From the IMG/VR virus record IMGVR_UViG_3300013120_000110, positions 1 to 64,000 of that record: a stretch of DNA of 64,000 bases. One strand, given 5' to 3'. The notes beneath the pieces were generated by a model. That model made no database searches. It had not been told where the DNA came from and saw only the letters and a list, made by a program, of their open reading frames with translations. Of the stretch, positions 1 to 8,893 are shown one piece after another. The stretch is from a virus. Each line of letters begins with the position of its first letter. Within the stretch, counting starts at the first letter, position 1. The translations under genes and the position numbers were made by a program.

Positions 1-98
1 CCTGGGCATTTTTTCGCCAACCCACCCACGATCCGCAAGCGCGGGCGCCGTGTTATCGTGCGCCAGCGGTGCGGGTATGATGTATAAGGAGGTGTGAT

Positions 99-284
99 AT
101 GCCAGAGCCTACCCTAGACGCTGTAGTGGAGGCGGTTAAAGCGGACGATAATCTTGGCTTTTGCCTAGCGTGCGGAGCCATGGCCTATTGCGTGGAGCCG
201 GACGCCCGGAACTATGATTGTGAGGCGTGCGAAGCCCCCGAGGTATTCGGGGCGCGTGAGTTATTGGTGATGATGGTCCCCTAA
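99..284 (+). CDS. small Zn-finger hypothetical protein
   Basis: CxxC...CxxC; AAGGAGG RBS upstream. Confidence 0.75.
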   Translation: MPEPTLDAVVEAVKADDNLGFCLACGAMAYCVEPDARNYDCEACEAPEVFGARELLVMMVP

Positions 285-300
285 CCTCACGAGGTGAGCC

Positions 301-402
301 ATGAGAGACAGACCACTTGCGGGTAGGCCGATCAAGCCCCTTCCCCACGAGTATTTCGTTAGCCCCGAGCGCCCTCCACGAGTAAAGGAGGTGCGGAAGT
401 GA
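301..402 (+). CDS. 33-aa hypothetical peptide (not in ORF track)
   Basis: GAGGTG RBS, ATG 301; TGA overlaps the next GTG start. Confidence 0.45.
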   Translation: MRDRPLAGRPIKPLPHEYFVSPERPPRVKEVRK

Positions 403-647
403 AGACCATACTCTACACAAGGAAACAAGCTATGCCAGACCATTGCGGGGTAGGACTGAAACCGTGCCGCTACACCCCTGACCTCTACTATGCGAACTTC
501 GGGCCCAGTTATTGGCGTATCGTGGTCCGTGACCGGGAAGACGGTGCGACTGCCGTGGTGGGCCCACACTACGCGACCCGTCAGGAGCTATTGGCAGACC
601 TTGAACGGTTCGCCACAGACTACGGGTTGACAGGAGGTGGAGAATGA
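399..647 (+). CDS. hypothetical protein
   Basis: AAGGAGG RBS; coupled to neighbours. Confidence 0.65.
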   Translation: MKTILYTRKQAMPDHCGVGLKPCRYTPDLYYANFGPSYWRIVVRDREDGATAVVGPHYATRQELLADLERFATDYGLTGGGE

Positions 648-967
648 ACAAACACGAGGAAATAGCCCACTATCGGGACTTCGTGAAGGGATTGTCGGAC
701 GGGTATCTCCGCGATATGCTGAAGGGAAGTGAAGGCTACATCGAAGACGCGATCAGGTCAGATCACGCCTTTACGGGAACCCTACAACGGTGGGCGGGGC
801 TGCGCCAGAATCATCAGGCCATGGCCGATGATCTCGGCAGACAGGTCATACAGCGGCGCCAGGAGCTAAAGACCCTGGACCACCGCATGGAAAACCTAAC
901 CGAAAAGGCCAAGGATATTGCCGCCACCATCGAGCTACTTGCACGGGACTTGCGCGCCGTGGGGTAA
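644..967 (+). CDS. hypothetical protein, coiled-coil C-terminus
   Basis: GGAGG RBS, ATGA overlap. Confidence 0.7.
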   Translation: MNKHEEIAHYRDFVKGLSDGYLRDMLKGSEGYIEDAIRSDHAFTGTLQRWAGLRQNHQAMADDLGRQVIQRRQELKTLDHRMENLTEKAKDIAATIELLARDLRAVG

Positions 968-1028
968 TCGGCGAGGGGGGCGCGCGGATCGCGCCCTCCT
1001 GCCCATCACCCCTAACACGAGGTGTCTT

Positions 1029-1229
1029 ATGATGGTGTGGCGAGTCCGATACGTTGACCTACGGGCCCGCAATTCGCGGCGCCCATTCTTTAACCTCGAA
1101 GCATACGTGACAGCCGGATCGCGCAAGGAGGCGGTTGAACGGGTTGCCCAGGTATTTGGCCCACCTGCTTACGGAGAGTACAAGGCCAGCAAAGCGCCAG
1201 GGCATGAGTCAGATCATTTCTTCGATTAG
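1029..1229 (+). CDS. hypothetical protein
   Basis: GAGGTG RBS before ATG 1029. Confidence 0.65.
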   Translation: MMVWRVRYVDLRARNSRRPFFNLEAYVTAGSRKEAVERVAQVFGPPAYGEYKASKAPGHESDHFFD

Positions 1230-1239
1230 GAGGTGTCAG

Positions 1240-1956
1240 ATGACAGCCGAAGAACTCACCAAATGGCAGCGAGACTTAGGGGCTTGGCAGGACTTCGCCA
1301 GGCGGATTGACGCCAGGGCGAAGGCTGTTGACGACGCGATCCACAACCGGGGGTGGGCGCTCGCGGCGAGTGTCGGGATACCCCGGGATGGGTGCTGTCT
1401 TCACAATGCCAGCATTGACCGGGAGTTGAAAGGTTGGTGCCATAGGAACCCCAAGCGCTACAGGGTGGCGCGCCAGGCCAACTATCTTGTCAACCAATGG
1501 CCCGCCAGTAGGCTTGCGAGGCGTATCATTGCCAGAGAGTACAATAAGATGCGGGGCGATATGGCTTGCGATATTCTACGCCAGACCTCGGACGGGGACG
1601 ACCTATCGCCCCAGGACCTAAAGCTAGTGGAGATTGTCGTCAACGGCTTCGCTAATGAGACGGGGGAATCGCTCTTCCGCGATCTCCACCAGCGGGTAAT
1701 CAATGGGCAATATCGCCCCGAGTGGTTGCAAGGGGTTGAGCACTTGACGCGCGACCATGGTGGGCGAGTGTTTTGGAAAGGGCAGGAGATTGAACATTGG
1801 TCGGGCGACCTGCCCTACAATGCCGAGGGGAAGAAGGAGGCGGAGGAGCTAGCGCGGCGCTGCAAGCTACTTGAGGAGGCGGGGCAGCCGATCAATAGCG
1901 GTACAGTGGTGTGGAACTGGAGCGAGCGGAACCAATTCAGACAAGCCGAGGTGTGA
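1240..1956 (+). CDS. hypothetical protein (possibly two fused domains)
   Basis: AGGAGG RBS before ATG 1240. Confidence 0.75.
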   Translation: MTAEELTKWQRDLGAWQDFARRIDARAKAVDDAIHNRGWALAASVGIPRDGCCLHNASIDRELKGWCHRNPKRYRVARQANYLVNQWPASRLARRIIAREYNKMRGDMACDILRQTSDGDDLSPQDLKLVEIVVNGFANETGESLFRDLHQRVINGQYRPEWLQGVEHLTRDHGGRVFWKGQEIEHWSGDLPYNAEGKKEAEELARRCKLLEEAGQPINSGTVVWNWSERNQFRQAEV

Positions 1957-1957
1957 T

Positions 1958-2158
1958 ATGTACCAAGTTTTTACAAGAACGTGGTGGAAGGAGGCCACAA
2001 GGGGTGGGTGGCCGAATAACCTGGAACCGTGCGCGGGAGCAAAACATACGATTAAGTATGTGGACACCGAGGAAGAGGCCAGGGAGCTTTGCGACGAGTA
2101 CAACGACACGCACGACCCCGGGCGATACGGACACAAAGCAGAGTATACTGAAGCCTAG
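1958..2158 (+). CDS. hypothetical protein
   Basis: GAGGTG RBS, tight packing. Confidence 0.7.
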   Translation: MYQVFTRTWWKEATRGGWPNNLEPCAGAKHTIKYVDTEEEARELCDEYNDTHDPGRYGHKAEYTEA

Positions 2159-2171
2159 AAAGGGGATAATC

Positions 2172-2366
2172 ATGCCCGACTACTCAAAATGTACTAATGA
2201 GGACTTTGACCGGATATTGGGCGAGATTGTGGAGGGAATGACGGCGGCGCAAATACTGTCCTACAGTGAGGTTAGCGCGATCTTACGGGAGGAACTAAAC
2301 AACGCAGTCCTAGACGAATGGGAAAGGGAACAACATGACCACGAAGCAGATAGCGAGAATTGTTAG
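2172..2366 (+). CDS. acidic hypothetical protein
   Basis: AGGGG RBS, ATG 2172. Confidence 0.65.
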   Translation: MPDYSKCTNEDFDRILGEIVEGMTAAQILSYSEVSAILREELNNAVLDEWEREQHDHEADSENC

Positions 2367-2556
2367 GGACTGGACAAACCTGAAACCAGCGCGTGACCAA
2401 ACGGCCTACGATATTGACCGTATGGTGCGGCACTTCGGCCAGACCTACAGCTTGAGCCAGACCCAGGAGGCGGAGATATTGGGTATACTGTCCGAGGACT
2501 ATCCCCAGGTGTGGGAGCTACAAACAAACCCATCCCCATGGCCCCAAACAGGTTAG
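2335..2556 (+). CDS. hypothetical protein
   Basis: ORF in co-directional array. Confidence 0.55.
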   Translation: MTTKQIARIVRDWTNLKPARDQTAYDIDRMVRHFGQTYSLSQTQEAEILGILSEDYPQVWELQTNPSPWPQTG

Positions 2557-2560
2557 GACC

Positions 2561-2869
2561 ATGACCATACTCAGAATACACAAGGCCATACACCCCAATA
2601 CTGACCACGGCTATACTTGGCTCGAATACTACTGGTTCGAGCGAGACGGCGAGCGGTGCAGCGCTATCACGCCCGGGGCTGGGTGCTGTGAGCGCTTGGG
2701 CCACCTGCCCGGTGGTCCTCTCGGCTGCCCTGAGTTGTTTAGTCTGGACTGCGAGCGGTTCCAGCCAGAGCGGACGATTAAGACGGAGCAGGAGCACTTG
2801 GGGTGGGCGCACGTGGGGACAGTATGTATAGGACCAATCACAGACAGTCAACCTATCAGGGAGGTGTGA
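2561..2869 (+). CDS. hypothetical protein
   Basis: AGGA RBS, tight packing. Confidence 0.65.
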   Translation: MTILRIHKAIHPNTDHGYTWLEYYWFERDGERCSAITPGAGCCERLGHLPGGPLGCPELFSLDCERFQPERTIKTEQEHLGWAHVGTVCIGPITDSQPIREV

Positions 2870-2870
2870 A

Positions 2871-3320
2871 ATGATGAAAGACTCACAATACATGAGCGCG
2901 AAAGAGAAGACGACAACCCTTAAAGCATGGCAGCGTTTTGTCAAAGCGTGCGCCACTGGCACACGTGAACAGAGGTGGAACGCCTTCACGAAAGGACTCT
3001 ACCACCACCTCATGCAGCATTGCGCGTTTATCGCTCACTATGACCGGGGCGGGTTCTTCGCAACATACTTTGTGGAACCCGAGCGGACAGCCCACTTCTT
3101 CACCCAGTTCGATAAGCGGAAGGGATGCAAGTCCGTCGAATATGGCTGTTGGCACCCGTGGTACACGGAGGACTATGAGGACATCAACCGGGCAATGTGC
3201 GACGTGGCGACCCCCATGGTTGACGCGATCTACAAGCGGTGTCGGCTGGCCCAGGAAACGACAGACGTGGCCCGGGCCAAAGCCTTACTGGCAAAACACG
3301 GCAAGGCCCTGGAGGTCTAA
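2871..3320 (+). CDS. hypothetical protein
   Basis: GGAGG RBS; FTKGLYHHLMQHCAFIAHYDRGGFF segment. Confidence 0.75.
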   Translation: MMKDSQYMSAKEKTTTLKAWQRFVKACATGTREQRWNAFTKGLYHHLMQHCAFIAHYDRGGFFATYFVEPERTAHFFTQFDKRKGCKSVEYGCWHPWYTEDYEDINRAMCDVATPMVDAIYKRCRLAQETTDVARAKALLAKHGKALEV

Positions 3321-3321
3321 G

Positions 3322-3513
3322 ATGAACCTATCACAGCAAATACAAGATGAAGACTACTGGGAGCGCCGACTTCACGACCAGTGGCGCCAGTATCGCGCGG
3401 CGCGAGACAGAAGGGGTAAGGTCTACCACCGAAACTATTGCCGCGAGCTTGCCCGGCGCCTGAGACGGGCCCGGCGCGTTCTCGCACAACATCAGAAGGG
3501 GGTGAGCCAGTGA
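3322..3513 (+). CDS. basic hypothetical protein
   Basis: GGAGG RBS before ATG 3322. Confidence 0.6.
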   Translation: MNLSQQIQDEDYWERRLHDQWRQYRAARDRRGKVYHRNYCRELARRLRRARRVLAQHQKGVSQ

Positions 3514-3905
3514 CACAGCAAAACTTTATTGACGCCATTGAACGGAACACAGCGGGATTGACACACCTTTCCACGGGGATTAGCCCAGGTTGCGAAACCT
3601 GCCTGGATACCTACGGGCTAGAGGTGACTTGTGATTGTGAGCATAACCCCGGTTGCGAGCGATGCGACGGAGAAGGGCGGCGCCCGCCAAGCCTGGACGA
3701 GTTCAGGGAACAGTGGAGCACGGGGCGGGTTGCCGCAGAAGACGGCTTTACTCGGCACGGCTGCGACCTGTGCGGGGCTGGGGGGGGCTTCAATACCCAG
3801 CCTTGGCACGCCATTGACGCGGACGGGGAACAGCTACACGGGGACGACGCTTGCTATTACTGCCAGGATTACCTTGCCAACGGAAACTTACCGGGGGATG
3901 GGTAG
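3510..3905 (+). CDS. Cys-rich (multiple CxxC) hypothetical protein
   Basis: GTG start overlapping previous stop; four CxxC pairs. Confidence 0.7.
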   Translation: MTQQNFIDAIERNTAGLTHLSTGISPGCETCLDTYGLEVTCDCEHNPGCERCDGEGRRPPSLDEFREQWSTGRVAAEDGFTRHGCDLCGAGGGFNTQPWHAIDADGEQLHGDDACYYCQDYLANGNLPGDG

Positions 3906-3911
3906 GATACC

Positions 3912-3939
3912 TTGACAACCTTGCAGGATTGTGGATAAT
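3912..3939 (+). promoter_or_regulatory. sigma70-type promoter
   Basis: TTGACA (3912-3917), 16 bp, GATAAT (3934-3939), intergenic. Confidence 0.65.
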
Positions 3940-3966
3940 ACCCACATTGAACTAGGGAGGTGTGCG

Positions 3967-4236
3967 ATGAAGATTGAGAAGGCTTTTACTGGGCTCACCC
4001 GCCAAACCTGGACCCAGGCCCTAAGCAGGCTGTGGGACCTAGAGGAAAGCGGGGCTTATAGCAGCCTGGACGTAGTAGACGACGCGGGCGAGGTCGGCCA
4101 TGCCCTTATCTTCATTGGCCGAGACGGGGGATACAGGGCCCGGAAGGGCTCACCAGACCCCCGGAACCTTTACAACCGGCTCAAGCGCGATCTACGCTTG
4201 AGGGTGCTTAGACTGGCCGTCAGGCCAGAGGAGTAA
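3967..4236 (+). CDS. hypothetical protein
   Basis: GGAGG RBS before ATG 3967. Confidence 0.65.
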   Translation: MKIEKAFTGLTRQTWTQALSRLWDLEESGAYSSLDVVDDAGEVGHALIFIGRDGGYRARKGSPDPRNLYNRLKRDLRLRVLRLAVRPEE

Positions 4237-4240
4237 AGTC

Positions 4241-4729
4241 ATGCTAGAAGAAGTTTTTGGCCCTGTGATCTCTGAGTACACCCGGCGCCAGGCCATCGAA
4301 GATGGGGTATTGGTGCAACTCAGTGGGGTGGGGTATGAGGGGGATGAGTGGGTCCCCCAGGCCGTCAAAGAGGCAGGCTTCCGCGATCAGATTGACGGGG
4401 AGGGGCGGGCGGTGCCCATGTCTGTCTGCATGACCGCGACCAGCTTCGCCAAGTACGTCACCCCCATTGAAGGCGACGGGGAAAAGCTGGCCCCCTGTCA
4501 GGATGCCAAGGGTAGGCTGTGGGATGTGCTGTGGATGCTTCGCGTGGCAATTAAGGCTTGCCGGGAGGAAACTGACACGTTATATTATAGCCTCTACGTG
4601 GTCCCCAACGTCCCGGAAGACCACGGCACCGCAACGCCGAGGGCCAAGAAGGTAAGGCTCAAATCAGTCTGCGGCCCGGACGACGACGGAACGCCCTGCA
4701 TGACCATCATGCTACCGGACGAAGACTGA
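4241..4729 (+). CDS. DUF6573-like protein
   Basis: YTRRQAIEDGVLV N-terminus, GRLWDVLWM, C-terminal TIMLPDED. Confidence 0.75.
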   Translation: MLEEVFGPVISEYTRRQAIEDGVLVQLSGVGYEGDEWVPQAVKEAGFRDQIDGEGRAVPMSVCMTATSFAKYVTPIEGDGEKLAPCQDAKGRLWDVLWMLRVAIKACREETDTLYYSLYVVPNVPEDHGTATPRAKKVRLKSVCGPDDDGTPCMTIMLPDED

Positions 4730-4812
4730 CAAAGGAGTGGGCAAGGCTGCCCGGTGTCGCTCACGTGGAGACGTGGGCGCCGCCGGTCAACTTTCACAAG
4801 GTGAGGTATAAA

Positions 4813-5226
4813 ATGAAGAAGGTAGAAGTCAAACCAGACTTCGGCCCAGCCCTTGAGAACCAGGGGAGCGTGCTGGTAGTTACCGAGACGGGGAAGCCGC
4901 TCGGCTACCTGTTGCCAGTTGAAGGCCATGGAGTGATGGACGGCACCTACGGCCAGGTCAATGTAACGCTGGCCGAGGCCGGGGCGCACAATGCGGCGCT
5001 GGAAACGGATGCAATGCTGGACTTGGATCGGTGCAAGGTGTCAGGAGCAGTCAACTTGTACTGGCACCAGGCAACGGGCAGGCTCACCACAACGGCGGGA
5101 ACGCTGGTGGGTGTAACAAAAGTTCAGCCAGGGCCGGAAAAGATCAGTTTCACCCGAGGCGGTAAAAGGTTTGTGGGCCGACGGCGGATCGAAGGCGCTC
5201 AAGTGATGTTTAGGCGTGCTAGCTAA
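4813..5226 (+). CDS. hypothetical protein
   Basis: GAGGT RBS before ATG 4813. Confidence 0.65.
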   Translation: MKKVEVKPDFGPALENQGSVLVVTETGKPLGYLLPVEGHGVMDGTYGQVNVTLAEAGAHNAALETDAMLDLDRCKVSGAVNLYWHQATGRLTTTAGTLVGVTKVQPGPEKISFTRGGKRFVGRRRIEGAQVMFRRAS

Positions 5227-5317
5227 GTCACCCTGAAACAGAGGCCACCATTCCGGGCCCCTGTACGGGAGGGCAGGGGCGCGGGGCTGCTGGCCTATTA
5301 CAAAAAGGAGGCGAGCG

Positions 5318-5839
5318 ATGAAGTTGACCATGAAAAGCGTAACGCCCAAGCTCAAGCGGGCGGTTAGAAACTACCTCCTGGCTCGGGCGATTGCCGAGCT
5401 ACGGCGTGAAAAGTTTGACCAGATGGAGCGGGAGGTATTGGCAAGTGACAACTACCAGACCAACCCGAAACTAAGCCTAGCGCCAGCGCGGCGGATCACA
5501 GACCCCGACGAGTATTGGCTTATGGACCCGGGCGACTCCATCAGGTTTCAGATAGCTTGCCAGGCCCGGATTCAAGCGATGGGATACAAGACCCAACCGG
5601 GCGGTTGTCCCTTCTTGGACGCAAGGAACACGCAGATACGGGCCGAGCAAGTTGTGATAGCAGAAGGCGCCAAAATGGTGGGTGAAGACCCGGAAAACTT
5701 TCAGAACGGGCTACTATGCCTGGGGCTTGACAAATACGAGGAGTGTATTAAACTCTTCACCCGCCTGGTGGCGAGCTTGCCAGACTTCAAGAACCCCGTA
5801 GAAGAGTTTCAGAACCGCAAGAAAGGAGGCGCCGCGTGA
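5318..5839 (+). CDS. hypothetical protein
   Basis: AAGGAGG RBS. Confidence 0.75.
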   Translation: MKLTMKSVTPKLKRAVRNYLLARAIAELRREKFDQMEREVLASDNYQTNPKLSLAPARRITDPDEYWLMDPGDSIRFQIACQARIQAMGYKTQPGGCPFLDARNTQIRAEQVVIAEGAKMVGEDPENFQNGLLCLGLDKYEECIKLFTRLVASLPDFKNPVEEFQNRKKGGAA

Positions 5840-6093
5840 GTAATCACAGCCTATCGAGAGAAGACGCACAAGTAATCCGGCAAATCGCCAAGCGAGCAGG
5901 GGAGCACTTGGATTCAATCGAGACGTTTATCCAAGTGGCAACCTGCCACACCGGGCCCTGTCCGCTCAAGCTCCAAGAACTGTTGGAGGCCGATGACCTC
6001 AACTTTATCCACGACATTTGCGGGATCAAGCGCAACCTGGATACCCAAAAAGGGGAGTTACTTGACTGCTTCCTCCCCCGGTACGCAGTATAG
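5836..6093 (+). CDS. DUF6874-like protein
   Basis: PLKLQELLEADDLNFIHDICGIKRNLD...CFLPRYA signature. Confidence 0.75.
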   Translation: MSNHSLSREDAQVIRQIAKRAGEHLDSIETFIQVATCHTGPCPLKLQELLEADDLNFIHDICGIKRNLDTQKGELLDCFLPRYAV

Positions 6094-6229
6094 GAGTGAA
6101 TTGCCCATTGTGTTGGTGGGCAAGCTGCGGTGCCCTAAACCCCCATCGCAGCAAAGAGCCGGGTTCGCGCGGGGGTCCGCCTGGGTTGCCCCCGCTCGGC
6201 CCGGCATTTATCTAGGCAAGGACGGTAGC

Positions 6230-6619
6230 ATGTTCACAATAGACTGTACGGGCGACGTGGTGAAGGGGGATACGATTCAGTTCAAGGAGGCGGTGTGGGG
6301 GGGATACCGGCCCAGCGCCGGATGGCGCCATACATCAAAAAAAGGCCAGCCCCTTGGCGAGCGGGTCGTCGTGGCTGAGGTTGTGAACGACTCCTACGGG
6401 CGGAGCAAGGGCCAACACACCTTCACGCTGAGGGTGTTGGAATCAAGCGGGTACGATCCACTTGAGCCCAGTAGTGTAATCGTCAGGAAGGGGCGAAACG
6501 TCTACCGAAAGGGCACAATGCGCGTGCCCTGGGAAGATGAGGAAGCTCGGCACGTGGCGGCTGAGGAGAAGCATGAGCGGGGGGAAGAGGCTCGCAGAGG
6601 AAACCGACCTTATATGTAA
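6230..6619 (+). CDS. protein resembling the conserved domain of plant CCCH62/SAP-type proteins (DUF7699-like)
   Basis: CTGDV, SYG..K.QHTFT, KGRN.YR..T.R..W.DE..R....EKH.RG..AR motifs. Confidence 0.65.
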   Translation: MFTIDCTGDVVKGDTIQFKEAVWGGYRPSAGWRHTSKKGQPLGERVVVAEVVNDSYGRSKGQHTFTLRVLESSGYDPLEPSSVIVRKGRNVYRKGTMRVPWEDEEARHVAAEEKHERGEEARRGNRPYM

Positions 6620-6667
6620 CCCAGCTAGTCCTAATGGAGTGGGATGATGGGTCGCTTGGACCTCTCG

Positions 6668-6693
6668 CACCAAGCGGCCCGCTGGGTGTTTTT
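6668..6693 (+). terminator. intrinsic terminator
   Basis: CACC-A-AGCG/CGCT-G-GGTG hairpin followed by TTTTT. Confidence 0.55.
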
Positions 6694-6698
6694 CTCTA

Positions 6699-6727
6699 TT
6701 GACACCGGATCAGGAATCGACTAAGAT
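6699..6727 (+). promoter_or_regulatory. sigma70-type promoter
   Basis: TTGACA, 17 bp, TAAGAT; followed by GTCTGACAT motif. Confidence 0.75.
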
Positions 6728-6763
6728 TACCGTCTGACATTACCCCAGAAAAAGGAGTTGACC

Positions 6764-6952
6764 ATGAGCACCGACCAGCGGCCAGGCGAAGACGGCTTTG
6801 TAAAGCCCGAAGACGAGACGGAAACCAAGCCCCTCCGCTACGATGAGGACGAAGAAGAATGGGACGAAGAGGAGGGCGACTGGGATGAAGAAGAAGAAGA
6901 TTGGGATGAAGATGAAGACTACTGGGATGAAGAAGAAGAAGACTGGGAATAG
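6764..6952 (+). CDS. hyperacidic peptide with W-D-E-E-E-E-D heptads (possible DNA mimic)
   Basis: AAGGAG RBS; C-terminal half almost only D/E/W/Y; imperfect 21-bp DNA repeats. Confidence 0.75.
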   Translation: MSTDQRPGEDGFVKPEDETETKPLRYDEDEEEWDEEEGDWDEEEEDWDEDEDYWDEEEEDWE

Positions 6953-6961
6953 GGTGGCGCG

Positions 6962-7162
6962 ATGGACGTAGAACAGCACCATGATGGCTGGTGGGTGGTT
7001 GGGGACCCTCGGGACACAACTGGAGAGGGCTATGGTCCCCACCACACCAAGGCGGAGGCGCTAGATTGTATGCGAGCCGTTAAGCGGTTCCATCGGTACA
7101 AAAACGAACCTGGGTTCATCACACACGATGACTCCCCACAAAAAGAGGATAAGGATAAATGA
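6962..7162 (+). CDS. hypothetical protein
   Basis: GWWVVG...YGPHHTKAEA segment; coupled to next gene. Confidence 0.65.
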   Translation: MDVEQHHDGWWVVGDPRDTTGEGYGPHHTKAEALDCMRAVKRFHRYKNEPGFITHDDSPQKEDKDK

Positions 7163-7626
7163 AAAGCAAAAAGCCAGCAAAGAAATGGTTTGTTTGGTTC
7201 TACTGGCACCTTCACCATGACATTCTCATGCAATGGTGTTACAGCTACACAGGCCGAAGGCGATCAATTATAGCATGGAAAGACCACAAAGCACTCCGGT
7301 TGCGATTATTCCAGCCGGTACGGGGAAAGCTGCCGTTACCGCTCATGCGTATCGGGAACAGGATGCTCGCAGCAATGAAAGCTCGGGACGCAGCCGACAC
7401 CCTGAGTGATGAATTGTGGGAGGTGTTGGACAAAGAACACACAATAGAAAACAAGACAAAATGGAAGGCTGCACTCGCAGTATATCAGAAAGCGGGGGAC
7501 CTCCTAGACGACCTCGAAGACAAGTGCGAACAGTTAATCATCAAACACCGCAAGGCCATCCTGAAGCTCCACGAACAGGAGTGCAAGAACTGTCCCTGGG
7601 ACGGCTGGACTATCTTCGATTCTTAG
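7159..7626 (+). CDS. family A paralogue 1 (WHxxHD ... LHxxECxxCPWxG)
   Basis: Shares end motifs with 8004 and 9525 ORFs. Confidence 0.8.
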   Translation: MKSKKPAKKWFVWFYWHLHHDILMQWCYSYTGRRRSIIAWKDHKALRLRLFQPVRGKLPLPLMRIGNRMLAAMKARDAADTLSDELWEVLDKEHTIENKTKWKAALAVYQKAGDLLDDLEDKCEQLIIKHRKAILKLHEQECKNCPWDGWTIFDS

Positions 7627-7832
7627 AATTAGTCTGGACACCACCGCCCGCAACCGCGCTGGAAATGTGGGAGGAGGCGGAGGAGCCGGGCGAGCCATGC
7701 CCGAACTGTGCGAGCCTGGAATACTGGATCAACGTATTGGGTGGGCGCCGCTGCCTTGGGTGCGACCCACCTGACTTTGCCCGGGCTATCCGGTTACTAA
7801 CCACCGCTCGGGCCATACGGAAAGGGAAATAA
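7580..7832 (+). CDS. small Zn-finger protein (start uncertain)
   Basis: PCPNC...W...GRRCLGCDPP within ORF 7416..7832. Confidence 0.5.
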
Positions 7833-7833
7833 C

Positions 7834-8007
7834 ATGGATGGTTTCTGCCGCGCATGGTACTACTTCGCTGGTTCCATCCTGGGTGGGCTAGCCTCATCGG
7901 AAGCTGGACGCAGCGACTTTGCCGCTGCCACGATGTTTGGCTGCGGCGGCTGCCTGTGTTTTGCCATAAGTATGTGGTACAACCTCAAGATAGAGGAACG
8001 GGAATGA
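7834..8007 (+). CDS. 57-aa putative membrane protein (not in ORF track)
   Basis: MDGFCRAWYYFAGSILGG...; ATGA overlap with A2 start. Confidence 0.55.
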   Translation: MDGFCRAWYYFAGSILGGLASSEAGRSDFAAATMFGCGGCLCFAISMWYNLKIEERE

Positions 8008-8423
8008 GATTGTGGTATTGGCACGCCTATCACGATGCGCTACTGACCCGCTCGGACGATCCAGATTTCTTTGCGAACCGGGCGCAGGAAATTGACCTGT
8101 TTAAGCCGCCCGAACAACTGGAACTACGGATGCGGTTATTTAAGGTGGTCCGAGGTGCCTTGCCCCGAATACTAGACGAACTGTGGGCGGAAAAAGAGGA
8201 ATGGGAGGCCGAGGCGCACACAACTATTGGGATATTGGCGACCAAGAAAGCCACCGTGCGCGCTGCAAAGCGATACCAGTTAGCCATGACGATGCGCGAA
8301 GAAATAATGCGCCGCATCACCGAAAGGAGCACGAGGCCAGATGTTATGGCCTTACATGATAAAGAGTGTCCGAATTGTCCCTGGAATGGTAAGAGCATCT
8401 TGGCAGAGGAAGACAAAACATGA
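8004..8423 (+). CDS. family A paralogue 2
   Basis: WYWHAYHD, LRMRLF, LHDKECPNCPWNG. Confidence 0.8.
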   Translation: MRLWYWHAYHDALLTRSDDPDFFANRAQEIDLFKPPEQLELRMRLFKVVRGALPRILDELWAEKEEWEAEAHTTIGILATKKATVRAAKRYQLAMTMREEIMRRITERSTRPDVMALHDKECPNCPWNGKSILAEEDKT

Positions 8424-8893
8424 GTATCAAGAGTTGGAAAGCCAAATACCTGCCGGGGGAACTCAAAGACGCCATTGGTTCCCCCTTAGAGGCTGCCGAA
8501 CACTCCCTGCGCTGTTGGGAAGGGCGCCTGCCCGGCGTACTGAAGAAACACGGGCTGATGAAGCAAGCTGGGTCCGATTACATACGGACGATCAAGACAA
8601 GAAAGACTGAAAGTGGGTCCGACGTGTTCGACTTCGTTTGTCTGGACGGGGAAGCATGCGCCCTGTGTGCGTTCGCAGAGACAGAATTAAAGGAGTGGAA
8701 TATACTGCCTTCGGGAGTAATGCCCTGTTCATCTTGCCCGTTCTACAAATTACGGGGGGAGGTCCCTTGTTCAATAGAAAAAGATGATGAAAAATGCTCT
8801 CCATGGCGGGAGTGGGCTGACCACGGCGACCCTGGACCAATGCTAGCATGGTTACACACGCTAGTAGCTGAACTCAAAAAGGAGAAAAAATGA
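8420..8893 (+). CDS. family B paralogue 1 (Cys-rich Zn protein)
   Basis: MSIxxWK, HSLxCWxG, CALC, CxxCP, PWxEW, PMxxWL. Confidence 0.8.
   Translation: MSIKSWKAKYLPGELKDAIGSPLEAAEHSLRCWEGRLPGVLKKHGLMKQAGSDYIRTIKTRKTESGSDVFDFVCLDGEACALCAFAETELKEWNILPSGVMPCSSCPFYKLRGEVPCSIEKDDEKCSPWREWADHGDPGPMLAWLHTLVAELKKEKK

Noticed and set aside
6740-7045. Hydrophobic Phe/Ile-rich reverse-strand ORF
   Set aside because: It is the antisense shadow of the GAA/GAT-rich acidic gene, which has the promoter and RBS.
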